Shown here in pieces: positions 52,905-64,000 of a stretch of DNA of 64,000 nt. The notes under the pieces were generated by a model. That model had not been told where the DNA came from and ran no database searches. It worked only from the letters and a program-made list of their open reading frames with translations. Position 1 is the stretch's first letter; each line of letters opens with the position of its first letter. Location of the stretch: positions 58,590,001-58,654,000 of the forward strand of contig OZ287749.1 of assembly GCA_965649765.1 (NCBI GenBank). The letters are read 5' to 3'. The translations under genes and the position numbers were made by a program. This stretch comes from Bispira polyomma. Taxonomy: Eukaryota.

Positions 52905-53100
52905 CCATGCACTGTGCAGCCTCCAGGGGTCACTCTAAATGTGTAGAACTCCTGATAAGTAAAGGGGCAAATGTAGACGCTATAGACAAGAATGGCTGCA
53001 CCCCACTCTTCTATGCCATCACCCTCGGCCATGACAACTGTGCCAAAACCTTACTGAAGAACAATTCTAACCCCAGTCATAAGGACAACCGAGGACGCAC
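52905..53100 (+). CDS. Ankyrin-repeat gene exon 8
   Basis: ctcag|AMHCAASRGHSKCVELLI...DKNGCTPLFYA...DNRGR-T|gtgagt, phase 1/2. Confidence 0.93.
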
Positions 53101-53232
53101 GTGAGTGGTTCACCTGTATTCATTAACTAGGATTCTGAAGTGTCGTAAACTTAGGGCTTGCCATCCATGCTGCAACACGCTGTGGGGGATATGGGAACAG
53201 ACTCTAATAGTGGGAGCAATAATTCGGATCCA

Positions 53233-53767
53233 TACAGTAATTTGTACTATGTAGTAATATTAACTGACACCTTTTTGTCACAATATAATCTTTATACCTG
53301 ATATTCTTCTTTCTCCCACAGTGAACGTGACATTTATTGAAATAAATATGGTAATTGGCACTATATATTAACTGACAATATTCTGTCAGTATATTATAAT
53401 AATCTTCATACCGATCTTGCTTCTTAAATCAGAGATAGACGGGCAATATATTTAAATATATTATATACATGTATATTTAAATAAACACAGTCATTAGTGC
53501 CATGTAGTAATATTAACTGACACCTTTTTGTCTTTATAATATTCATACCTGTTAATGCTTCTTTCTCCCAGAAGTGAGGGACATTTTCTCATATAAATAC
53601 GGTATTTTGTACTATGTATTAATATATAATATATAGAATATTCATACCTGATATTGCTTCCTTCTAGAAGCATTTATTCATATAATACAGTAATTTATAC
53701 TTGTTCCAACTACTCCTTTTTGTCCATACATAATCTTCATAGCTAATATATTTGTTCCTTCTCTCAG
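53233..53767 (+). repeat. Diverged ~110-bp tandem array ending at the exon 9 acceptor
   Basis: ttcatacctgatattgcttctttctcccag-like motif recurs ~5 times, and the last copy is the real acceptor. Confidence 0.75.
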
Positions 53768-53901
53768 ACCAGCTCACTGTGCTGCAGCCAAAGGCTCTCA
53801 GACAGCTCTGAAGATGTTAATATCTCACAAAGCTGATGTATGGATGCCCAACAATAAGGGTGAACGACCAGTTCATGAAGCAGCACTGGCTAAAGAGACA
53901 G
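53768..53901 (+). CDS. Ankyrin-repeat gene exon 9
   Basis: ctctcag|PAHCAAAKGSQTALKMLISHKADVWMPNNKGERPVHEAALAKET|gtaatt, phase 2/1. Confidence 0.9.
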
Positions 53902-54823
53902 GTAATTTTGTTAAAAGTGGCAACTTTTGTGAAGCACACATAGATAGTGCTTTGTGTAATCTATTCTCTTCTTCATTAAAGGTTAATGTTGTATTGGTAA
54001 ATCAGTTATAAGATGTAAGTTATGTGTTAATTTTTTAAACTGGGAAATAAATAAAAAAACCAAATGTTTGAAAAAAAGAAAAGGTGAATTTATATCCAGA
54101 TTTCATTAAAGCATTAAATAGAACTTTTAATTGATATGATATGATAGATTCGTAACATGCCTAATTGATGCCAGGCATCTTCTAAAGCGCAATTATTTAA
54201 CTCTAAAACTGAATATAAGGAGGTATAATTTTCAACATCTAAAAATCTTTTGTGGGTTTTACATTTAATTGGAAGATACAGCTGAAACCACTTATATTAA
54301 AGTCATTTTCCCATTTATGTAGAGACCAACTTACTTGTCACACATTTTGTATTACACTGCACACTAAGAACAGGAATTAAGCAGAGGTATTTCTAGTGCC
54401 AGTTCCACAAAATTCTTAGAATCCATTTCTTATAATTTTCTTAGTCTCAGCTAATCATATTCTTTGAAACAATATTTGTAGCAAGTCAAATTGATTAAGA
54501 CAAAAATTAAAAAAAAAAATCATTAGGGTTCTAACTGTTCTACACTCAGTCTTCTCCATTTATAGAATGTTGTGTGCAATTAGTTCTGTCGAAATGTAAC
54601 TAATGTAGGGAGCCCCTTTGGCAACATTCAGATTTGTTGACACCAATTTTCTAGTAATCATAATATTTTTCCTTTTGCATGAATTAATAGAAGCTTGTTC
54701 CCAAATTGAAAATTATGTGTGCTTTGCAATTTTCTTCCGCCTAAGATTTTCAATAATAAAGTTTTCTTTAGCTAAACCGTTCTACCTGTGATAACTTTAT
54801 AATTTACACACATATATCTACAG

Positions 54824-54990
54824 ATGCTGTGAAATATTTACTGGACAAAAGCAAAGAGAAGGAGAGTGTGAATGTGTCTAACAGTGACAACAGGAGTGTA
54901 ATGCACATTGCTGCCATCACCAACAACCTGGCACTGTGTAAGCTATTGGTAAAAAAAGGGGCCAAGAACAATACCACAATGAAGCACAAG
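54824..54990 (+). CDS. Ankyrin-repeat gene exon 10
   Basis: tacag|DAVKYLL...VNVSNSDNRSVMHIAAITNNLALCKLLV...MKHK|gtaaga, phase 1/0. Confidence 0.9.
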
Positions 54991-56886
54991 GTAAGAACTC
55001 GGATGTACACCCATTTAACAGTTAATAGATAGGGAGTAAGGAATCTAAAATTCACCACTCTATCTCAAATTCGCCACCTCCTAAAATTTATGCTGAATCA
55101 ATAAAAAAACTGGTGCAAAAATAACAGGTATTTAGGTAAGCTACAGGGAAAATCGTCACAAAGATCTCAATTTCAGCAAATATTAACCACAATTCTACCA
55201 CAAACACAGCACCTTCTGAATAGATAAATCACCTGGCCAGTTTTTGTCTTAAGACAAGGATTACAGGCTTTCTGAAAAAACTTATATTATTTTGGGTGGT
55301 TACAGCCGTAAAGGGACGACTGATACAAATGTTTTTCTTCTGTTAGATGGTTGTATGGTTAAACAAGCAAATAAGTTTTTGTAGTCTATTCATGGATATA
55401 CTACCAGTGTCGATATTCAATCATATACATGTGACCTGTATAAGGCAAGATCTCAAAATAAATTCTTTTATTTAAGTTTACTTTTTTTAGTTGATTATTT
55501 TGCATTTTAATTTTAATTAATGTCTCTAGACTGATGTATATTAAAATGTGTACTATATATTTATCTATGTACATCTATGTCTGTGAACTGACATTTTGCA
55601 TTGTATTAAGTCAACGTTGTGTCCGTTAATTTCTTTTATCGTCTTTTTATTATTATAAAGTACCTTTTTTACTTATTTATGTGTAATTTTATGATTTGTT
55701 GACAGCAAGTAAGGTGTGAAAAATGTTGTCATTCTATGGTAAAAATCGGTAAAATTAAAGAATATTTTTGTTTAAATTTTACAATTCTATTTCACAGAAA
55801 GTTAAGGTAATGCAGGTGCTCTTTGTCATATGCCTCATTCCTATGGCTTGCTGTTATAACTTGTAATAAACTTGTAAAAAAAACTGATATTTACATATAA
55901 AATGTAATCTTCCATTATTAACAACTAATAAATGAACATAAATGAACCTTATCTGGCTTTTTGTTAACACTTAAATCATCTCTAAATATTTACACTGATT
56001 ATGGAAATATAGAATATTATTTTAAATACCCAAACACAAATGAAAATATCTCAGAGAAAATTACAAATACAATTAATTTATCTTGATGTGCTTTGACTAA
56101 TAATTGACTTATCTATAGAAATTATGAGAACTGAGTTTTGAAAAGGAAAGGATAGTGTTCCCTTTTATATCCATCACTCTGTTTCTCTCTAACTGATATT
56201 CTGTTTTATAGTAAAAACATGTAGTTTATTGAATGGAAACATCTCAAAATATCTTGTTTTTACTGCATTTTAAGCCTAAACAATAACAATTACACAAATT
56301 AGGAAAAAGTATGATACAATAAATATTATATTTAACCTTGCTTTGCTAAAGAACGTAGGAAATAGTTTCCCCTTTTACAATAAAATTGTGATTTTCCTCT
56401 TGGCCCATCAAATACTAATCACTAAATTCTAATCCTAGGAATTAAAATCAAAATATGTATAAGTTTGATCCACAGTATTCAGATTATAAAGATCGTAACC
56501 AAATGTGCTTTTTTTTTTCAAACTTGATTTTATCATTAACCTTGATATGTACATACTAACAATTGTAGGATTATTTTAAGTTTATTTTAATGAAAATGTG
56601 TGTCTGTAAATACTATTCTTATGTACTGGTTGCCCTATTTTTTTAAAGTTTTTTTAAATTATATATATAGATGTGTGCATATATCTTTATTTCAAAAGCG
56701 AGCCCAGAGTTTTACTGTAAGTATACCGAGTCAATGTCAATGTTCTTTTATGCTGTTATAGGTAGCCTTCTATGTTCAATTTTTTGGCAGCTATCTTGTC
56801 AAACCAGTATGTACATATTTGGGGCATTTGAAAGGATGGCCTTTTGTTAGAGTTCAGTGTATTGTCAAGAAATTTTTTAAGTTTAA

Positions 56887-57116
56887 CCCCTTCGCCACCG
56901 ATAGAGAGTAATTCCACTATGCCAAGGGAAAATACTTTGACTACTTTGATGGCATCACAAATGACGTTTTTGCAACAGCTGACTATTTCATTTATGAAAA
57001 AATTCATTTTTTTAATGTCAAACGCAGTGTACCAAATAGAGTTAATTCCTGTGTGCTGAGGGGGTCTACATAAAAATAATATATACTGCTAGTCGACGGA
57101 CAAGGTCGTCCTGGGG
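56887..57116. mobile_element. piggyBac-like MITE
   Basis: TTAA|CCCC...GGGG|TTAA with weak subterminal complementarity. Confidence 0.5.
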
Positions 57117-58194
57117 TTAATATTGCACACTAGGCGGTGGTCCCAGGGAAAGGGGTCACATTGTAATTAAAACAGTGTTTTTATGTTCTATTTACTATTA
57201 CTGTGATTGCTGTGTGATGGTACTGTGCATTTTTAATTTTGATTTCTTTTTCATAACAATTTTTTTCTTGCAGGTCATATGACATCCTTTTTGCCAGAGT
57301 ATTCCACAGCTTTTGAACTATGAGACTTTTTACTAATCCAAAGTCAACTGTTTTTATATACTATATATCTCATTCAACATACATATATTACATATCATAT
57401 TACAAACATATGTTAGCTTTTACTGAAGATATGCTGTTTTTTTTTTGGCTTAGTTGCTTTGCAATTGTGTTATTATATTGATATAAGCCCAGATATTTAT
57501 TATTTATACATGTAAGTATATTCTTTTCAAACATAATATATAATCTCTATATAATATTTATATACACTATATAATCTCTATATAATAATCTCTAAGTAAT
57601 TTCCATAATGTTTGCTTGTGCAACTTGTAGACTTTGAGAATCTCTATTAAATTTTTTTTCACATACAATGTAGGTACTGGTACAAGTTATATGAAAAGAA
57701 TTATGAAACATATTTTTTTCCAAATAATTACATATTTACAATATATATAGCATCTCACTGTGTTATTCATTCTGATTGTGTCTCTTTTCAGTATGAACAT
57801 ATAAATTATGTGTGATAAGGATAAGAATTGGTACTTATTTTTTTTTGTCTTAAAAATTGTAAATTAGTGAAAGTTTCTTCCCATATAAAATTTCAACTTA
57901 CTGGTATACAGTTCACTGTTAATAATAGTGAACATACAGCATATTAAGTGTAAATTTTAGCTGGTAAGAAAATTCAGTAATCTAATTTTGTAAAGTTTAT
58001 TGGAATTAATTTTTACTATTCCAAATTATCAGCTAAATTAGTTCAAATGTTCACTATTGGTCAGTATATAGTTAAACATGTAAATAGCTAAAAAAAATAT
58101 TCATATACTCAAAATTAATTCCCACGGGATATTTCCACCTGATAATGTTCACTAGTATTAAGATAGTATTTGTGACCTTCGTTTTACCATCCAG

Positions 58195-58395
58195 GACAAG
58201 AAATTATCCCCGTATCAAGCAGCTGTACTTAAAGGCAGTATGGACACAGCAGAGTTCCTGGCCCCGATCACAGACCCCCCTTCAGACATCGATGACGAGG
58301 AGTGGGAGGACCGTCGCCGCCGGGAACGAGAGAAAGAGACAATCCGTCAGAGGGAGCGGGAGTTACAGCTCAAACAGGAGGAGGAGGAGAGAAAG
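58195..58395 (+). CDS. Ankyrin-repeat gene exon 11 (last ANK repeat plus charged coiled coil)
   Basis: tccag|DKKLSPYQAAVLKGSMDTAEFL...EWEDRRRREREKETIRQRERELQLKQEEEERK|gtaagt, phase 0/0. Confidence 0.87.
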
Positions 58396-58668
58396 GTAAG
58401 TAGGATTATTAGAGTGGAGAAAGAGAAAGCGTAAACAGGAAACTGTCTGAGTGTACAGCACACACTTGTGTAACAGGCGAACCTCTATGTCTGAGTGTAC
58501 ACCACACGCTTATGCAACAGCAGACCCTCAATATCTTAAAAATACAGTTTAAACCACAGTGTCATAATAGCACCATAGTCCACCTCTAAGTCTGAACTGA
58601 AAGCCTATGGTATAATTTACTGAGTGAAAGGTCGGATTAGAATGGAGAAAAAATCTAGGTTGGTAGTA

Positions 58669-58835
58669 CAGTAAAAACCTCTATTATCCAAATATTCAAT
58701 TTGGTGCATTAATTGTAACTCTCCCATATTTATGATTTCTCTATTGTTTTATACAGAAACGCCTCTTCTATTTTACGATCCAAAGAAAATCTTAGCTCCC
58801 CCTCCCAACATGTTCGGATAATAGAGGTTTTACTG
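58669..58835. mobile_element. Tc1/mariner-pogo-like MITE (CAGT-start TIR, TA TSD)
   Basis: TA|CAGTAAAAACCTCTATTATCC...GGATAATAGAGGTTTTACTG|TA. Related copies at ~20116-20279, 23250-23499, 23562-23754, 40300-40450, 41982-42159, 58870-59027 and 59889-60100. Confidence 0.75.
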
Positions 58836-59888
58836 TATTTTAGTAATCCATGGTCACAATATTATTATACAGTAGAACCTCCATAATCCCAAGTTTGAAT
58901 TAATTCAATTCATTAAGCGCTGTCCTGTTTTTCTCACAGAATTTGTACTAAAATACCTCATTTATAGTTTATAGACTTTCAAAAAGTATGTTGCACCTAC
59001 CAGATGCTCAGATAATAGAGGTTCTCATTTGATCTTGTGTATCACATAGTACGTTGTATCTTGGTAACATTGTTTTCTATTCTATCTGTTGTATTAAATA
59101 AAGTTTAAAATAAACACACAAAAAAACGCCACAAAGACATTTCCACAGTCTGAGTATAAAGCACACTTTTAGCCACAGCCCACCTTAATTATCTAAAAAT
59201 ATAGTTAACATTTTAAACTCAAAATTACAGTGTCAAATAACTCCATACCCTATTAAAAGTCTAACCTAAAGCCTATGGTATATAGTTTACAGAGAAAGAG
59301 TGTTTAGGGTATAATGCCATACACTGTAGTATTTACTACTTAAATGTCAGCAATATTGAAAAGTAGTAGAACCTTTCTCAACGTTTAATGGTATTCAGGC
59401 CCCAGTTTCACAAAGTCTTCAGTCATTCCTTTATTAGTCGAGTCATAGAAAAAACGCTGCTACACTGTTTCACAAGGCACCTACTTAGGAGTAAAGGCCT
59501 ACTAAATTTCATAGATAGTAAATTCACTGGTTTAATGGTGGTATGCCATTCTTTTTGGTAACATCAGGTATACTAATTAGTAGAATAATTACAAGTAGTT
59601 ATAGTATATCCTTTTAAGTATTTAAGTGGGTCTGTGTTAAACAGGGGGCCAGAAGTTCAATACATTTTGATGTTATTTCTATAGATATCTTGATGTATGT
59701 TATTGTTTTTTATAACCAGTAGATATAAACAATGGCTCTTCCATACACTTCTGATATAGAATGTTTTAATGTCATGGCATTGCATGGTGCAAACCCTCCC
59801 AAAAGTTTGTGTTGCAAAATTTGTATTTGCAAACATATTTGAGATAAACCATAAAGTTCTAGTTTTAAACATTCTATTACACAAACTA

Positions 59889-60100
59889 CAGTAGAACTTC
59901 TACAATCTGAACTTCTAGTATCCAAAAATTTGATTTCACACTGATTGATCATTTTTACTTGGCTTTACTTTTAAATTTACATGTTTCTATTGTTTTTTTA
60001 ATATAAAGCCTCTTTTCTAAATTTTTTCTATTGTCTTGTAATAAAATGCCTCGGAATCTTGCTCATCATACAATATGTTCAGATAATAGAGGTTGTACTG
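59889..60100. mobile_element. Tc1/mariner-pogo-like MITE
   Basis: TA|CAGTAGAAC...AGATAATAGAGGTTGTACTG|TA. Confidence 0.7.
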
Positions 60101-61878
60101 TAGTAGTATTAACACTTGATTCACTGACAGTCTCTCTAATTCATGCATACTTGTACATATGTAAATATATCTACTTGTAAAATACACAAATGTCTATGTT
60201 TGTATTGTTGCACACATATCTGCATGATTATACACAACTGTTTGCGTTAGTTGTAGCACATTGAACTTATTGATGGTATATATATTTTTATACCTATTGA
60301 TACTCAAGCCTATCCCAAGTGTATAACATGCTGAGGATAAATTTGAGTACCAATAACTATGTTGTCTTGTTAATTGTCATGTTGTGTTATTTTAGTTCTA
60401 TCCTTTGCATTCCGATTTTGTTTCCGTGCTACTTTAGCAAAATATCATGTTAAGCTGTGGTAGTTCTATACCTTAATTGAGAGGTAAAGTTTAGCATATA
60501 TCTTAGTTAGAAATGGGATATTCCTAGTCTAATGCCACAAATGCTTTAGTTTTGGAAAATAGTTTCCTATATATATATCTCACAGTTTTTCCCTTACATT
60601 TTAAAAGTAACAATCAGTGGGATCCAGTAAAATATTTGGATATATGCTGATTTATAACATAGTAAATCAACCAATGAGAAGCAAGGACACAGACTTGTCA
60701 TATTTTAACCGGTTACAGTTTCTAGTCAGAAAAATATATATTTTCAGCTTCTAGTCTTTTTGATTATTCTGATATAATAGCGTTTTGCTCCTAGATGTCC
60801 TTTCATTTGATATAATATGTCTATGATAATTCAGGTATCAAATCATTTATTGGTTCTAAAGGTAGGACAAAGCTTTCACTACTGTTAGTATTATATGTCA
60901 GTTATATAATCTGGTAAAATAGATGTATTTCCCTTCCTCCATTAGTTTTAATATTTTTTATGGATATTATAGGCTAATAGATGGAAGCTAAATACAAAGT
61001 AAATTGAAAATATTAACTAAACTTGAGAAAAAATTTAACCATCACAATAAAATGTACTTATTATTACTCAGTATGAAACATATATATAAAATTATCAAGC
61101 TAATAAAAAAGCTTTTTAGTCAATAGTTACCCGACTTATTTTTATGCTAGCCTTTTTTGCTACCAGTAATTTAGACTCTCTGTAAAAACCACTGTAAAGA
61201 AATAATATGTCAATAGGTTTGTGGCAGAGATCTGTCATCCAGTTTATCTGTATGTAATGATCACCATTGGTTTACATGCACCATGTAATCGAATTTTCCT
61301 TTTTAAAGAATCACCTGCTTATTCCCCATGAAAAGAATTGTTTATGACTAAGTGAAAATCAATCATTTTTTACAATATATAAATCACAGTGATCCATTGG
61401 TAAATATTGGCCCTAATTCATAAAATACCATTCAAACCAGAAAGATTGTATTATTTTAAGGGAATTTCACAACTGATTTAGTGTGAAGTTGTTTATAACA
61501 AGTTATGCATGATCCAATATAAAGTCAAAAGTAGGCACAATAAATCCTTATCAAAAACATTTTGAATGTCTAAAGTCTAGATTCATTAAGGTTTTATGAT
61601 TAAATGAGAAAATGTAAACATAATGTTTTCGGACATTACCACATAAATTTACATACCATTAAAATCAAAGTAATATTATTAAAGTTGTTCCATTTTGAGA
61701 TGGTATACAGGGAATACTGATGCAACAACTGGCCAAATGAATATTACGTTTATATAATACAAAAGTGGCTTGGTATATGATTGTAGTAACTTCCTGTAGT
61801 TCCAACAGATTTGACTGTGCAAAGGTCGGCTCTAATTAAAACAGAAAGCACACAATGCCCCACAATGTTGCTTTTCAG

Positions 61879-62352
61879 GATGATTTTGTTCAAACCCCAC
61901 GAACACCAAGACAGGATTACACAGACCGTGGAGCACGCCATGCATTACGGGGAAATGAGTCCTCAAGATCCTATACCCCTCAACCAAGTCCAAGTATATC
62001 CTTTGATCTGAACAGTCCCGAACCATTAGCTGAGGTAGAAGAGATTGGTTTTGGGCCTGATGGATTGAAAGACATCAATGCAGACCTGGTGAGGGAACCA
62101 ACATATTCAACCTTTGGTACAATAACCCCAAGCCGCTTCAGGTCACCTTCACCAACATCAACCATCATGGAAGAGGAACCTCTGGAAGATCAACTTCCTA
62201 CTCCCCCTGGGGTGAGAGAACAGGATTCATCCACCCCAACACAGCAGTGTTTAGATGATGCAGAGCAGCCAGAAGAGGGACAAGATCCTGCTGGGGAAGC
62301 TGAGAAATTAGTGGATGAAGAACAGGACAATCCTCAGCTGAATGGAGACTAA
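61879..62352 (+). CDS. Ankyrin-repeat gene terminal exon (acidic, Pro/Ser-rich disordered tail)
   Basis: cttttcag|DDFVQTPRTPR...QLNGD*, phase 0 and compatible with exon 11. Extra small exons in between cannot be excluded. Confidence 0.72.
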   Translation, partial: DDFVQTPRTPRQDYTDRGARHALRGNESSRSYTPQPSPSISFDLNSPEPLAEVEEIGFGPDGLKDINADLVREPTYSTFGTITPSRFRSPSPTSTIMEEEPLEDQLPTPPGVREQDSSTPTQQCLDDAEQPEEGQDPAGEAEKLVDEEQDNPQLNGD

Positions 62353-62420
62353 ATTTAAAAACATTCTTTTTAAATTTAAAAACATTCTTTTTAAATTTAA
62401 AAACATTCTTTTTAAATTAA
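62350..62420 (+). repeat. 21-bp tandem repeat starting at the ankyrin gene stop codon
   Basis: taaatttaaaaacattctttt x3. Confidence 0.85.
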
Positions 62421-64000
62421 AAATCAAGACTGATGGATCACTCCAATGTTTGTGTGATTAGTAGGTCTCTGCACCAAAAAGAAAGGCAAATATACATACT
62501 GTGCAAATAGAATTTAAAATTTCTAGCATATACTCTTCAGTATTTTTAGAAATATTTTAAATAAATATATGTCTACATAGACGTTGAATTATAAAAAAAT
62601 AATACAGCTCTTGAAGGAATAGTATGTAGTCAGAAACAATAGTCAAAATGTATCATATAATGAGTTGAATATAATGTTTTGACTTTTAGAATTATTTATT
62701 GTAAGAAATTGCAAGAAGATACTATTATATATAATACTGATCTGAAAAGACAACAACTGGTAAACTATATATATTGAGTAAGCTAGATAGAAAGTTGCAA
62801 TACAACTGCTAAATTGTCCTAAATTTAGAAATTCAAGCCACATACTACATTTAAAATTGTGTGTTTTACAATTGTATATATGAAGTCTGTTTCAGCGTTA
62901 GAAGCATTTAAACGTTGTCGTTTTGGTGTAGGTATCTTAATATATCTAGTTGGTGGGGGTCCAGAAATAGCCCTGTTAGCATATTATTGACATATGAATG
63001 GTGTAATGTAGTAATGTAGTAGTGTAATGTAGTAGTATCGGTCGTATTGACTAAAAGGGGGCAAAACAGCAGAACATTTAACCTATTACACAAAATCAAG
63101 ATTACAAAATTGGCTTCATTTTGTGGAAACAGCGAAGATTATTCACTTCAAGTCAAATATAAATGAACAAATGACTATCACTGTGATTTCCAACAAAATT
63201 GTTTGCACTAATATAAAGTTATTACTTTCTAATAATTTCAGTAGTTTTTCACATTTAGAGGTACAACCTGAGTGCATCAAGCATTTAAGAATGAACATTT
63301 AAGACTGAGAGATTTGTCGGGATGTTATTTTGCATTTGTAACAAAAACAAATACACCTTTAGATTGCTTGTCTTGTATCAAAATGAGAAGCTATTTCAAA
63401 ATTTAAAAAAATCTGGCATATGAGACCTCATTAATACCATTTTCAAAATATATACCACAGTTTTTGTAGCTTTACAATGGTACATGAGCTAGGCCTACAA
63501 TTCTGGACCCCAAGCTGCCTAAATATGTAGAATGTAGTGAGATTCTAATACCACAATCTGTCTAATAGCTAATGATCCAAACACATAGCCGGCTGTGTGC
63601 CTTTGTGCTTTGTAGTGATTGGCTTCACACACATCTCCTAATCTGTATTAATATTAGTCTTGTGTGATGTGTCACTTTGACATTTCTCCATTGAAAAAAT
63701 CATTCATTCAAAATTGTTTATTAAAGCATATATTGTATCAAATAGACATTAAACAGCTTGTGGTACAGCATCACACTAGGTATATTTTAGTTTCAACATC
63801 GCGGGGCTATGTGACACTATGAAATGGTGCATGAATATATATTTGTCATAACTATTCTATTACAGCCAATCCCTTTTCTGACTGATATTTTAAATTTATT
63901 TCTTGACTTCTTATTGGATGAGCACGATTCTCTGTCGTTGTGAGTCAGTCCCATGATATTGTGGCGAGAATTTATTGTGTCAAATTATTTCCGAGAATTT

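Overview
AT-rich eukaryotic (animal) genomic DNA, probably a lophotrochozoan invertebrate such as a mollusc or annelid; the taxon is inferred from the repeat types. There is no prokaryotic operon or CRISPR structure. Three spliced genes were reconstructed by hand from GT-AG sites and codon phase. (1) A minus-strand Gypsy-integrase-like (Ginger1/GIN-type) gene with 4 visible exons (8511-8377, 2176-1992, 1249-1160, 371-156) that continues off the left edge. (2) Mitochondrial ribosomal protein L14 on the plus strand, with 2 coding exons and 145 aa. (3) A 12-exon, ~865-aa inversin-like ankyrin-repeat gene on the plus strand, 19629-62352. Introns and intergenic DNA are full of transposons: two families of L2/CR1-group LINEs, an internally deleted Ginger2/TDD DNA transposon, a Harbinger transposase relic, a Helentron-type (HINE) element, tRNA-derived SINEs and several MITE families. 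The most notable observations are a circularly permuted tRNA-like cloverleaf (3074-3164), a 2A/StopGo-like peptide (LLAGDIASNPGP) at the N-terminus of the LINE ORF, the intact intron-rich integrase gene, and repeated tandem arrays seeded on exon boundaries of the ankyrin gene. Boundaries of degenerate repeats are approximate.
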